From Fistulifera solaris (Eukaryota), in NCBI GenBank assembly GCA_030295235.1, contig AP026143.1:310001-374000 (forward strand): a stretch of 64,000 bases of DNA, in the 5' to 3' direction. The first letter of the stretch is position 1. Every line of letters begins with the position of its first letter. The notes below the pieces were generated by a model, which saw only the letters and a program-made list of their open reading frames with translations, ran no database searches and had not been told where the DNA came from. Positions 36,597-49,581 of this stretch are shown piece by piece. Position numbers and translations under genes: made by a program.

Positions 36597-38403
36597 TCAA
36601 CTACCACCTTTAAGTTTGTTCTGCATGATCGCAAGTCCTAATTCATAGATCGTAGATGAGAGCAGTCTCTCTTCGCGTTTCTGTGCTGCTCGTTCCGAAA
36701 CGCTCCGTTGCTCCAGACTTTCAATTTTGTCTTGCTTCTCCTTCAGCTTGGTCTTGCAGTCCTGCAAAGCGACCAAATATTTGTCTTGGAATTTCGACAG
36801 AGTCTTTTTCGTGTACGCCTCGAGTCGTTCTTTGTCACTAACAATCTTTTCATTTTCCTTCTCTTTTTGCTCCAATTGAGTTTTCAAAGCTTCGATTTCT
36901 TCTTTCATTGATTCAATTGCTGATTCGTTCGTTTCATTCAAAGACACCGCGGCAAGAGCCGATGCAGCGGCGGCAGTCTCTGCGGCAGCAGTAAGTTGCG
37001 CAACCTCTTCCTGTAGCTGTTTGTTTTCAATTTCAAGTCGCATGTACTTTTCCTTCTCTTCGGGTGAAGGCCCCGTAGGTACAGGTACAGGAATTGGCGC
37101 TGACGATTCCAATGCGGCCAACGACTCTTGCTTAGCCCGAAGCTCGTCTAGTTCAGTTTGATACATTTTCTTTGCCGACTCGGCAGCCGAAAGCTGACTC
37201 TTTAGTTTTTCAATGACTTCTTCTGATGACTTCGTTGATGATTCGGTATGCGAGCGATGGTCCTCCAATGTCGCAATCTTTTCTTGGAGCTCTGCCACCG
37301 TCTTTTGCAGCGTGTTCGATTTCTTGACCTCATTTTCAAGCTCCACTATCTGCTGCAAATACTTTGACGCTTGCTCCTCCAGTTCCGACACTTGCTGAGT
37401 TTTTGTTCCTGCACCATCAAGTTTCTTTTTGTATGCGGCAAGTGCGGCCTCAGCCTTATGAAGTTGTCCAGCTTTCGCATTTGCAACGTCCAAATCATCG
37501 GCCAAATGCGCCTTTTCCTCTTGAGCAGTCGCAAGTGCTGCTTTCGTATCATTGAGCTCCGTCACGGTTCGCTGTAATTCTTGCTCCAAATCGGAAAGTT
37601 CTTCTTGTCTCTTATCCAGTCGATCTTGCAAATCTTCCACGAGTGCACGCAGCTTCTTTTGCGCCTTTTCACCCTCTTCCTCAGCTACAGCAGCTTGCGA
37701 TTTAAGGATGGTAATTTGCTTTTGGCGCTTTCTAATTGCTCTTCCAGCTCATCTGCATCGTAAGCATTATTTCTGCCGAATAATTGGTCCTCGCCCACAG
37801 CTTCTTCCGTGCCATCATTATCGCCACCAAAAACAAGTTCCGATTCATCGTCATATTGATCTTCGGTAGTATAATCCGATACACGCTGCAGGGAAGACTC
37901 TATCACTCCTTTCATTGCTAATTGACCTTCCGGCGACATTTGCATAATTCGTTGAATGTAATCTCCTTTCGACGAGCAAGTGACTGCAGCAGCAGCAACT
38001 AATTCAACCAAGCTGGCGACAGCATCAGCATCCGCTTCACGAGCAATTTTGGTTTGATCAATGGCAGCAAAGTCCGCAGTTTTCTTCAAATCTTCCTGAA
38101 AAAATTGTTGCAGATTGCGGACGAGTTTTCGTATATTGCTGCTCTTCAACACCCAGTTCTCACCAAGGTGCCGCGCAATGGTAGTAGGATCAAAGTATGA
38201 CGGTGCACTGATAGACAGAATGTGAGGAAGGCATCAAAACGAAACGCATAGAATGCAACAAGGACATATACTCACATTTCAGAGAGTGCCTCGAACACGA
38301 CAACACCGTCCGATAACTCTAAAATATCGGCCGGGGATTGCGATACAGTCGAAAAAGAGGCGAGAAATTCGATCATCGCGAGATTGCGCTGCTCGTCTCC
38401 CAT
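36597..38403 (-). CDS. Hook-family dynein/microtubule adaptor (intron 38208-38275; apparent frameshift near 37720)
   Basis: Hook-domain N-terminus ELSDGVVVFEALSEIAPSYFD..NWVLKSSNIRKL, a long coiled coil and C-terminal REERLLSSTIYELG. Confidence 0.75.
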
Positions 38404-39076
38404 CTTTAATTACAAGCACCCAAAGTACAACCCAAACAAAAAAGATGCAGTTCGATGAAGAGCCACGAAGCTCTATCGTAAACAAAGTGGAAACTATTGT
38501 CGCGTCTGCGGTGCTTTATTTTCCGAATTAGCGAGCTGCGCAGATTAATCTGATGGAAAACACACCTCTGAAACACACGTAAACGTTTCAAACTTATTTG
38601 CATTCGTTCTCTCACCTCATGGTCGTCTCTTGCGGCTTGCGGCTCGGTCGCGTCGTCGACGAGAGGGCTGAGGACTGAGGACGTCCTTTTCGCACTGGGC
38701 ACGTTATTTGCGGTTATAACCATCTGTTTTATTCACAGTGCAGTTTCAACGTCGATTATTGTATAAGCAACTGTGTAATATACTCTTGGGTCTATAGCGT
38801 CCACAGCAACCCAAAAAATATGTGTCGTATTGGTTCTAATAGATTATAATGCAGAATTGAGAGAAGTTTCAAGCAATGGCATTGGCGAGTCATTCGTATT
38901 CACTCTTGAAGAGTTAATAAAGCGCCCGTCTCACCTGCACCTCCAAGCGTTGTCGATCTCTAAAAACAACCCGCAGCGCTGCGCCCTCGCAACAAAGCGA
39001 TGCGAAAGGTTTCGCTTTCGAGCTGAAATCGTCAATTCATTTGTCCTAAACTGTTCTATCATTAAACAAAAACACC

Positions 39077-39790
39077 ATGGCGGATGCGTCATCAATTTGC
39101 AAATCAGACTTCTGTAATGCTGGATGGGCGGAAGTCCTCACGCACATGAGCCCTTACGGCTTTGCGAATTTCGGCGTTGCCTTTGGGTTGGGGCTCTCCA
39201 TTGTCGGTGCGGCATGGGGAATCTGGTTGACCGGATCTTCATTGGTTGGTGCTGCAGTGAAGGCGCCACGAATTCGATCGAAGAACTTGATTAGGTGAGT
39301 CATTTCGTGATGACAATCCGGAATAACAACGCGGTATTTTACGTAATGCCCGACGATACGATTAATTGCGATACGATTATCGAGCTTGCAACTCAATCTA
39401 ACCTGCGTTTTCATGATTAACATTAATAGTGTGATTTTCTGCGAAGCTACAGCGATTTATGGAGTTATCATGGCCATTATTCTGACCAATAAGATTAAGG
39501 AACCAGAACTTGCCGACAGCTACTTGTCTGCGAACTGGGATTTCAATGGCTTTTACTATGCTGGTTACGGAATGTTCAGTGCAGGACTATCGGTGGGACT
39601 TACAAACATTGCATCCGGAGTATCTGTCGGAATTGCTGGATCTTCATGTGCGATTGCCGACGCACAAGATGCCTCCTTGTTTGTCAAAATTCTGATTGTG
39701 GAGATTTTTGCGAGTGCCCTTGGCATTTTCGGAATCATTGTTGGTATTATTCAAAGTAACGCTTGCACTTTCCCAGTGGCAGCTCTTTAA
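39077..39790 (+). CDS. VMA16: V-type ATPase 21-kDa proteolipid subunit c'' (intron 39295-39429)
   Basis: [35 protein letters not shown] and LFVKILIVEIFASALGIFGIIVG. Confidence 0.93.
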
Positions 39791-40189
39791 CTGAAATAAA
39801 TGATTTTCAATCAGCCTTGAATGCTTATCCAACACCGCCGATTGACGCAATCAAGGGCTCCATCATGCAAAGGTAATGCAGTCGTGGTCTTCGAGAACAA
39901 TCCCTTGCTGAACGTTTCGTCGTAGAGCTTATTCGTTTTGTTTTTATCGCCGACGACTCCGTTCGGGTTGTGTAGGTGAAGTACGCATCTGTATGATCCT
40001 TCACTGACGTGAAACAAAGTGAGTTGTTTTCGTTATTGTGTATTTCTTTGAAAAAGATTACAGTTATTTTTAGTGCTCACTCCACAATTCATTGATACTC
40101 TAGCTAGGTACCTCGATGAATTATTAACGAATTGTAGGCAGCCAGGCCATCAGGCGTCGCTATCGAGAGATTCTTGATTCATGATTAAT

Positions 40190-40440
40190 GACTGATGACT
40201 GAGTGCAGTCGTGGATGATCTATAGTAAGTACGGAAGACAACGTTTTGCAAACCTCTTCGACGTAAAATATAATGACGTGACATTCAAACGCAGATATGA
40301 TTATTGCATTGCAACAACAACTAATGAAGCTCAAGAAAATCTGCTGAACGAATGAAATTTGCATTGTCGCTCAAAAAAATGGATTCATGACTGAACTGCA
40401 GTCTTGGATAAGGTGCGCTACACTTTGAACTATAGTAGGC
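40190..40440 (+). repeat. Second locus of the dispersed ~200-bp GACTG-CAGTC repeat
   Basis: ATGACTGAGTGCAGTCGTGG at 40195 and ATGACTGAACTGCAGTCTTGG at 40387, both followed by CTATAGTA. Shares blocks with 13806-14032. Confidence 0.7.
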
Positions 40441-40821
40441 CCATTGTCGTTACTTTGCGGCAGACGGAAATTCTGAACTGCTCTGTCTAAAGGCTCGGAA
40501 GGCAGGAAAAGTGAGTAATCTGGGCGTGTGGAGTTTGCATGATGATCTATGGAGAATCTATGAATATACTTTGGCATCTCCTTTTTAGAAAAAGCTTTGT
40601 TATAGGCCATGGGTGTAGAGTTTAGAGTTAGAGTGTTGACTATTGACGCGCGAAACCGTCCTTCCCGGTACTGAAAGTTGTCGTTCGTCGAGAATATGAT
40701 TAAATACAAATAGTGTTCGAAGGATGGTTTTACAACTTAGTTCACAGTAGTCGTTATCGAGCAAGCTCGTCCTCCCTCCATTTTCTTCATTGAATTCAAA
40801 TCGAAGATCGAGCCACTTGCA

Positions 40822-41515
40822 ATGATAAACAGCATCCCCAACAATTGCAGTTCCATCTCCAAGCTTATGATGGTTGAATTACCCCGTCTCCCTCTGATTT
40901 CTCTGGATACAGCAGAAGAGACAAACACTCATGAAATAGCCCGCGGCCATCACACTGTCATAGGTGAGCTCTTAGCATGAATCTTGGTGTCATTTTTTGC
41001 GTTGAAGTCGCCTTTTTCGCCTCAAATACTGACAATTAACCTAAAATTTTTATTCCGTTAGATTTCTGGACGACTCGCTGTACGAACTGTCCCGATGCTC
41101 TGGATAAATTGCAGCACTTGGCTGCGACCTCATCGAACGTCCGATTTGCCTCGATTTGTTGCGATTCGTTGGATGGTGCCCGAGAAATCATCGGACGTCA
41201 TGATGACATGCGCTGGTCTTCCGTTCATCATTATTTTATGGAACATGCCGACAAGGAATTGTGCAAGCAAATCTTTGGATTCAAGAAAGTTCCTTTTATG
41301 TCGTTTTGAACGACCGGAACGAAATCACGCAATATGGCAATACGATCAATTGGGATCCAATTTATTTGCTCATGGGTCTTCCAGTCGTACCACAGGCGGA
41401 TGAGAATGCAAAGCCGCCGACCAATGTGAACGTTGTATCCACAGGAACGTCGGACTCGAAAATTCCTATCGAAGATACACACGATGAATTCATCATTGAA
41501 GATCTCGATTTCTAG
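40822..41515 (+). CDS. Thioredoxin-fold (TlpA/redoxin-like) protein, CTNC active site (intron 40964-41061; apparent frameshift near 41295)
   Basis: Splicing gives TVIDFWTTRCTNCPDALDKL, followed by FASICCD and FGFKKVPF. Confidence 0.65.
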
Positions 41516-41688
41516 TTTATTAGACGAATACTAACCAGAATTACCCGTCATTCTATATTCAAATCCCATAAAATAATGATTCGTTATGTTCACCCGATGT
41601 AAAGAGTGTAGCAAGCATCGGATGCGTTCGTCGAATATAATCAACGCAGGCCGAGCGATGTACATCCTACCCCATGCGACGGTTTCGT

Positions 41689-41864
41689 TTATCCGCGCCA
41701 CCCTGCCGGCGCCAGACAAAAGCTTCCAGTGGCAGCTCCAGTTACTAAATCCATGGCAATTCCAGCACAACCTTGCGATGGGATGCTGTCGTTGCATGTT
41801 TCATAGTGAACGTCACGAAAGTTGCTGCTTTTGCCCTGCGGCGTGGCCGGCATTTCGAGAACGC

Positions 41865-41895
<31 letters not shown>

Positions 41896-43639
41896 GGCAT
41901 CGGCCAACGAAGGACTCGTACGGCCTAGATCCGCTCGTGGAGGACAAAAGTCGGGGAAGAACTGGTCGTTGGATCGCGTGCGTCGTCTCTTGCGGAAGGA
42001 ATCTTGCGAATGTGGGCTGCCAGGCTCTTCTTTCTCACCCTGCAATTCGGGAAGCACGGGAGGAGACTCGGGCGCTTTTCGAACCTTAGGACTGTTTGTT
42101 GGAGACTCATCCGAGTTGCTAGAGCCAGGAGACGACGGTGTCTTCTTTTTTCTTCTTTTTGTTTGCTTCATTCGCCGCACTGCGCGTGGCCCTGACATCC
42201 AGTCCTTCGCGCAAAGCTTGTGACGTCTTGGCTTCCGCTTTGGTGTCTCCCACTTCAAAGAGTTCACCCGTTTCTTCATTTTTCTTCAAAAAGCGACCGC
42301 CTCGTTTTCGAATAATGAGAACAATAGTGCGAGCCAGCAATGGCTTCTCTTTGCGCTTCGCCAGAAGGTAAATAGGCTGGAAATCCTGAACTAGCTGCCG
42401 GAATCGACGATTGCCCACCTGGGAATTGGTTCCACCGCCTCTTCCTAAAATCACGTCAAAGGAATTTACTTCGGCCATGGAATCGCAAACCGCATTGTCC
42501 GATGGGGGTGTAATGGGTTCCATCGGTGGATCGGCGACATCGAAATCGACTTCCACCGCTGCCTTGGGAAGGACCGCCTGGCGATCCGCGGTGCTGCGCG
42601 CCACCGGAGCCTTGCGCGACGACTTGGGTGCCATGTGTTTGGGATGCTGGTATCCTGGACGATGATCGTATTCTTGGTGGTGCTCTTCGTCATCGAAGGA
42701 ATAACCAAAGGAAGGCGGCATGTGCATGTAAGGTTCGGGGGGCGGGAATGATTCACTTGGATAGGCCGGAGGAGGTGAGTATGCGTACGAGCTGTAAGCC
42801 GCTTCCGGAGGGGGCATGCCGTAGTATCGATGGTCGTCGAATTGCGGATGCGCCGCAGAATCAAAGCTTCCCCACGATGCGCCACCGTAGTACTGATGAT
42901 GATACGGGTCCACGGAGCGATTGTGTGCTTCCGAGTCGAACGACGCTGCTACCACCGGGGTTGAACGTCGACTGTACGAACTGTCTCCCCGACGCATGGC
43001 GTAGTTTCTCATTCTCGGGGCGGATGTAGGCTTACCGGGACGGCTCACTGGAGACGTAGGGGGATACTGATAGCGGGGTTGGCTAGAAGAGCCATGTCGG
43101 GGGCGTGGTGTCGTGGGAGGGCGATACTCGCCGCGGTGGTTAGGGGAAACAACATTCACATCTTCCGATGGATACGCCGGAGGAGGATATCTCACGTGCG
43201 GACTGTAATAGGGCGTATGGTGATATTGATCCTCGAAGGAAGCGGACGGGTTACTTCCGGCCATGGGATATCTCGGCGACGGAGGTGTTGGGTAATCTCC
43301 GGGATGATGATATCCCCACGAGCCGGACCCATGCATGTACGGATACTGCGGATGATAGGAGTGCCCGTGGGGAGTTCTCATGGCCCTTGGTCTTACAGGT
43401 TGCGGATATCTAAAGATACTTTGATCCTGATGATGCCGAGGGCGCTGAGGTGTTTCGGCTACAACAGCTGCGTTACCGCTTTCACCAAGAACAACTTCCA
43501 CACTTTCTTCACTAGCGGATGACCTCGACGGGGTTTTATCAATTTTCATTTCCGACTGATCGCCTCCTTCGTCTTTCGACGGAACACGTACAGGTTTTTC
43601 CACAGGACAGGGAGCTTCGACTTTCGATTCTGACGGCAT
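41689..43639 (-). CDS. DUF6824-domain protein with Pro/Tyr/His-rich low-complexity N-terminus; apparent frameshift near 42140
   Basis: DVILGRGGGTNSQVGNRRFRQLV..RGGRFLKK..KAEAKTSQALRE. Confidence 0.75.
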
Positions 43640-44883
43640 TCTCGTTAATCGAAGAGAGACAAATAAAACGTAAAGAACAGGGAGCGTAGAACACGGGCAG
43701 TGATTGCGGAGCAAGAATACAATGATATCCAACAAAGGACTTTGAGTTGTTTCGCTTTTGTTATTGTTGTAAAGCTGTCAATTTCGACGGCTCAGCTCAC
43801 AAACGGTCAAATAAAAATGAACAAGTCGACAAATGCACTGCGCTCGAACGACTCTCACTCCAAAAATCTGCGCAACGGCGTGAGCACCTCGCGTTCGTTG
43901 GACGCTATCGTTGAGTAGAAATTTTTGGCGCAAAGTGGGTTGCGGTGGAAAAACAAGAAAACGCACCTAAACGGACGGGCGCGCTCTCTCTGGCGCGGGT
44001 TTAATAAGTACCTGACGTTCCGGGCGCGGTCGTCACATAGGAAAGTGGGGAGTCGAATGCCCTATCTAACAAAACAGTTCTGAATAATGTGTGACACTTA
44101 TGGATCCTACAGTGTAGATCAGTCTAATGGCACAATTGCAGATCTAAGAGCAAAACTACAAAGCTAAGTGACGCTTACCAGTGCGTCGTTTCCAAGTCTT
44201 GGATCTACACTCACCTTCCACAGTGAATGGTACTTAGACGGGCGAAAAAGGCCTTGATGAAGAGGTGCAACAAAACGCGTTGCCATCCAAAACTGCAAGC
44301 TCACAAAATTATTTGGAACGCAGATGCGCCCGTTCGACCGTTGCGAGCCGAATTTTTCGAAACACATTAGCATCATCTGCACTCTATAGAAGTCGGCAAT
44401 CTGAAAAAGGAACTGCCGAGGAGGAGAGATCAGCAATTGCTTATCAGAAGAATAGGAAGTACAAGGACGCAAATTTGCAACGTCCATGGCCAACTCGATA
44501 AGATAATCGAAACGCAGCGAACTGCTATTCGATCAAGCTTTTTCCTCAACGCTCATCGTTCATGTGATTGATGGAAATATTGAACACACCCGTTGCGCAA
44601 CTGGTAGCACACATCCGAAGTTCTTTCAGCTTGGCGTCCCGGAAGAATGAGTCAGAGTTATGACAGAACTAGGCTTATGATGGCCGAAAGGTGCTGGTAG
44701 CTTTTTGATGTTTCAAAACCAACAATCAACCACACTAAGATGCAGTAAGCTTTCTACTATTTTTGGTAAATAAAATTCATTTCTTCCGCTGACGCGCGAA
44801 GGCGTCGCAACATGCCGATGCCATCAAATCAGTTGCATAGCTCTTCAAAAACCACATAGAACATAGCGACTAAGATTACACCG

Positions 44884-45783
44884 TCATACCCAAAATACAT
44901 TGACGGTTAAATGGTGCGACAGCGTTTCAAATGCAGATGCTCCAACCAATAGCATTCCTGTGAGAGCACCCAGCTGGACCAACTCCCGATCGATCGGTCC
45001 TACCTTTTCCATCTCACCGGATTTGAGATCCTGCACTGCTTCAGCGGTAGATAGCAGACCTTTCCCAATCAGAGCGTCGTCTGGTTGACTTCGTGGACTA
45101 CCCAGTTCGTAAAGTACCAAGCATTCCGTTTGGACGAATCCTTTGGGGAGCGTTTCTCGTAGGTTGTCCAATGGGGCAGTTTCAATACGTGTTCCTTCCG
45201 CCAATCCTTGTACTCCATAAACAGCTCCGGAAAGTCCTCCCGAAGTGGTAAACTCATAATCATCCAAATAAGGCAGTATTTTTTTACTGGTACGGATCAG
45301 TTTGGGAAATTTCTTTTGTAACTCGCTCTCATTCTGCAGTTCCATTTGTCGTTCCACCAGAAATGATAGAGGATATCCTGATAGTTCAACGACTTCTCTC
45401 GACAAGGATCTCCACAAGGTGAACTTTTGCAATGTGGTAGTTTCGACGCCATCCACCTTTTCGGCTTTGACAGGAACTTGTATGGTGAAGCGGCTCAGAT
45501 GATCCGACAACGCCCACATTTGTTTTTCCGTCCATGGGAAGTCATACTTTGGACTTTCTTTCCTCACTGATTTCTTTTCTTTTGAAACAGACGAGACCGT
45601 TTGTGTATTGTTGCTGGTACTTCCTTCATTGTTTGCCGTTACCGTTGCGGACAGCCGAACAGCTGGATGTGATGGGCGCAGAAACGGGACGGTGAAACAT
45701 GTCGATAATGTGAATATTGAGAAAGTGAGCAAAAGAAACGTTGCCCTTGATAAAGTCGCTTTTTGAGTGATAATGTAGAGCAT
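44884..45783 (-). CDS. Hypothetical protein, probably plastid-targeted
   Basis: ORF of about 300 aa with a hydrophobic signal ending STC-FTVP, a transit-like region and a C-terminal hydrophobic helix ending HHLTVNVFWV. Confidence 0.6.
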   Translation of the reverse strand: MLYIITQKATLSRATFLLLTFSIFTLSTCFTVPFLRPSHPAVRLSATVTANNEGSTSNNTQTVSSVSKEKKSVRKESPKYDFPWTEKQMWALSDHLSRFTIQVPVKAEKVDGVETTTLQKFTLWRSLSREVVELSGYPLSFLVERQMELQNESELQKKFPKLIRTSKKILPYLDDYEFTTSGGLSGAVYGVQGLAEGTRIETAPLDNLRETLPKGFVQTECLVLYELGSPRSQPDDALIGKGLLSTAEAVQDLKSGEMEKVGPIDRELVQLGALTGMLLVGASAFETLSHHLTVNVFWV

Positions 45784-47102
45784 CGCAAAAGAAAAGATCG
45801 TCCTAGCAACTGACTCGATAACCAATAGTCCGGCTTTGTGTAGATAGGTTAGAGCGCTTCGACGAGTCAGCTTGTCTTACTCCGCGAATGATGCTTCTGA
45901 CCCAGAGGATCGGCAATAGACAAGATCTGCAGCAGATTAGAAAGAATGGATGCGAAAACAGCGATTATTGCACGAGTTAGTGTAATGTAATACGACAATG
46001 ATGGATGATGGCGGATTCTCGATCTCATCTTTTCAACCAACACGCAATACCAGCAGCGTACGCATGGATGTGCAGACGTCACATGTGAATGAGCTAGGTA
46101 CTCAGTAGAAATTCGACTCTAGTCGGTGATGTGCTGCTCAAGCATGGTAAGTCTAATTGTTATTAGCGTAAAACACCATTTGTTGCTGCACCCTTGAATA
46201 TAATAGTTCACGAGGGTTATCATTCATCAATGTCGCTGCTATCTATCTGGTTACGAATGACTAGAACGGGCGCGCGCATATTGAATCAAACCATCATGCA
46301 TAGACAAAGCGGGCATCAATTGACACGAATACATTGCTGTAGTTGCAATGTAATAAGAGCCGAAGTGGAAACATTTCCATGCGATCATTAAAGGATCCTT
46401 GTCAATGAAATGGGAAAATGCACTGCAACTTCCATTTTCTACTCGCCTTTTACGATTCTGGAGACCAGGCTGGACAAATTATGCTTTGCAGGGAACAAGT
46501 GATGCTTCGTAGCCCTTGGTGAACGATGCGGGAAACGGTGGACAAATCTTGCGCTTGGTTGCTAGTCGCGATAGTTTCCGTGAAAAAAATTTCCAGAGAC
46601 GCAAAAGTGGAGCTGCGGCGCCGCAACAATTTCACGTCTGTTGCTTGGAGAGACATAGGTCACCAGCAACATTGAATTGTTTGCGGCTGTCCCCAAGCTG
46701 CCGCGAACTCGCGTGGACATTCAGACCATTTGTACATTCTAATCTCATGATACAAGGACTGTCAACAATCCTCGACCGACCACATCTCTACAATACCAAA
46801 TAAACCCAAAACAATCGCAATAATAGGAAGCTCGCTCGCTGCTACCCTAACCGGAAAAACACGACGGATCTCGAGAATGCACCACAAAATACAGGATACA
46901 GTAAAGCAGCACCAGTTTCCGAGGATCAGTGTGCGTGGAACGACTAAGAAAGACAGAAATCGAGGCAAATCAAGAAAGAGACGGATCCCACTACTTCATC
47001 CTAACTGAGCTACCAACCATCGACATCTTTACCATCTTATGCGATCCATTTCAAACGAAGAAGCCATCACCCAGCTTAGGGTATCCGCGATCTATACGCA
47101 AT

Positions 47103-48901
47103 TTAATATCGGTCATAACCTCCACGGTCTCCTCCGTAACCTAAAACGGAAACATGATGTGAGTAATCTTGACAAAAAGAAAAAAACAGGTGGGACACGA
47201 CGCATGTTGATCGAAGCATCTTTGAAGTGAAGTGAAAATGGATTAAACCTTGACGGACCCGACTTCAAATAGGGGCCCTGATACTTGGGAAGCGAAATGA
47301 TCTCGGTGACAGCGAAGGGGATCACTCTATGCTGGAGACTTCTTCTTGACTTTGGTGGTGGCGAAGCAAAATTACCAAGGAACTTGTGTAACTTACTCTT
47401 GTTGACATCGACGGTCCGACAAACCCAGACATCAACGAAGGCAAGAAGGGGCAACGCAATGTTTTGACCGACAAAGTCGCACAAGACACCAATCGACCAA
47501 GATAGGACGCAAAGCAACTCATCGATCAGAAAATTTACATCTTCCAAATTCGCATCACAGTATACCCGATATCAAGGGACTCCGTTGCTTAATCTTCAGG
47601 AAAATCTTCGCTCGATCTTCAGGATAGCCTTGACCTTCGGGAACTTCGTACCGATACCATTCGACCACCTTCAAAAGTCATTCAGGCCTAAGAAGCCAAG
47701 TCAACCCATAGCAAACCTTGTAAAACTCGAATCGGCTCTATGACATTATCTTGAAGAACACTGTAACGAATCCACTCGTTCACCTTCAACCTATCACTCT
47801 CATGTAGAAAAGTGTGCCACATGCTAGCAGACCTTGTTGGGCTCCCATCCATTTCCTTTGTGCGTGTCCCAACTGAACCCTAACGCTCACGAAACTTACC
47901 ACCTCCGTAGCCACCTCCCCCGCCGCCGCCACGGCGATCATCATAACCTCCTCGATCGTAACCACCGCGATCGTAGCCGCCGCCACCACCGCCGTACCCA
48001 CCGCGATCATAGCCACCACCGCCGCCGCCGTAGCCACCACCTCCATATCCGCCACCGCCGCGACCACCACCTCGGTCATTGTCGTAGCCACCGCCGTAGC
48101 CTCCACCACCACCGCCTCCGTAGCCGCCACCGTACGAATCGTAACCTCCACGGTCATAACCTCCGCCTCCACGGCCACCGCCGGGCCCACCGCGCTCGGA
48201 ACCTTTCGGCTGCGCCTCATTGACGCGCAAGGCACGTCCATCGAGTTCATAGCCCGTCAACTTGTTGCAGGCGTCTTCGGCGGCCGCCGAAGGCATGGTG
48301 ACGAAACAAAAGCCCCGCGTTTTGCCCGTATCCCGATCCGTCGGCATGAAACAATCCGACACGGTTCCGTACTGCTCAAAGAGAGACTGAATGGACTCTT
48401 GCGTCGTCTCAAAGGCGAGATTGCCCACGTACAACTTGACATCCGGTTTGCCGGCCGCGTTGAATCCACTGCCACCACCCGAACCTTTGGGACGAGATTC
48501 GTTGACACGAATGGTACGTCCATCGAGTTGCGATTGATCCATCTTGGAAATGGCTTCTTCGGCCGCTTCGCGGGTCGCCAATGTTACGAAACCGAATCCG
48601 CGGGGACGCGAAGTGCCGCGTTCGGTGGGCAAGAAAGACATCGGTGACGGTTCCGAACGCCGAGAATTCTTGACGCAGCTTGGCTTCGTCCGTGGCTGTT
48701 GAGAGGAGAGTAGCAATAGATGAGTGATCGGATACGAAGAAGAAGAGGAAGAAAGAGCCATAGCTCTCGCAACGTACCGTAATCCAAGTTACCAATGTAC
48801 AGTTTGATTCCTTCCGCTTCTCCGTTGCCATTCTCCGCCGGACGCGATTCCGACTCTTTTGAAGGACCTTCAGGACTACGTGAACGTTCTCGTTCCGACA
48901 T
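47103..48901 (-). CDS. Glycine-rich RNA-binding protein with two RRMs (introns 48696-48777 and 47141-47899; apparent frameshift near 48632)
   Basis: RNP2 LYIGNL and LYVGNL, RNP1 RGFGFVT and [15 protein letters not shown] tail. The last exon 47103-47140 encodes [12 protein letters not shown]. Confidence 0.85.
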
Positions 48902-49310
48902 GTTGCAATGCTTTTCTTTTATTAATTGAATAAATAGTAATCGTGCAATGAGAACTTTTTGACAATGGTGTCCATGGACGCCGCAACAGATGGCTTTCGC
49001 TGCAGAGATCTTTTTTTCTCTGTGGTCGAAAAGGTGTCCGTCCGTACTCCCTCCAAAAATACAGAAGAACATCATCGTTGTCGGATCGGTTTCCTTCACT
49101 ATAAAAACAAAGTGTTGTCCGTTTTCGCCAAGACTGGATGTCAGTCAGTCACGGGAAACGAACGACTTAGGTTGAGCTATCGACGTTCCAGAAATAAACT
49201 ATTTGATAAAGCTGCTCAAAAATAGGAACAACATTGTCTTCAATTTCAATAGCTAGCCTTTTTGATGGTTTGACCGCAATGGGTTGCCCCGGATCCTGCT
49301 CTCAAAAATA

Positions 49311-49366
49311 GACTGTAGTTTCAAACTGTAGACGACCTTTTTCACGACTGGAAATCCAGTCATGAG
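49311..49366 (-). repeat. Partial copy of the dispersed GACTG-CAGTC repeat
   Basis: The reverse complement CATGACTGGATTTCCAGTCGTGAAAAAGGTCGTCTACAGTTTGAAACTACAGT aligns with 13806-13858. Confidence 0.7.
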
Positions 49367-49581
49367 TCGTCTGTCAGAAATGACTTTATAAAAACGCTAA
49401 GAGTTGTCAGTGTATGTTTTTAAGTACAGATGGTCATTTATTTGTCTACATTCAAAATATTTCAAACTTCCCCAATCAATTCCAGAACAAGAACTTGAAC
49501 TTCAAACATTTGACTGTCAAACAATAAGTGGAAAGAACAGTCCCACCATCGGAAGCCAGACTCCAGATCACGTCTTGGAGT

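Noticed and set aside
41586..42223. Poly-His and poly-Ser ORFs on the + strand
   Set aside because: They are antisense readings of a (GAT)n poly-Asp tract in the DUF6824 gene.
47834..48223. His/Arg-rich 129-aa ORF on the + strand
   Set aside because: It is the antisense shadow of the GGY/GGC-rich glycine tail of the RRM gene.
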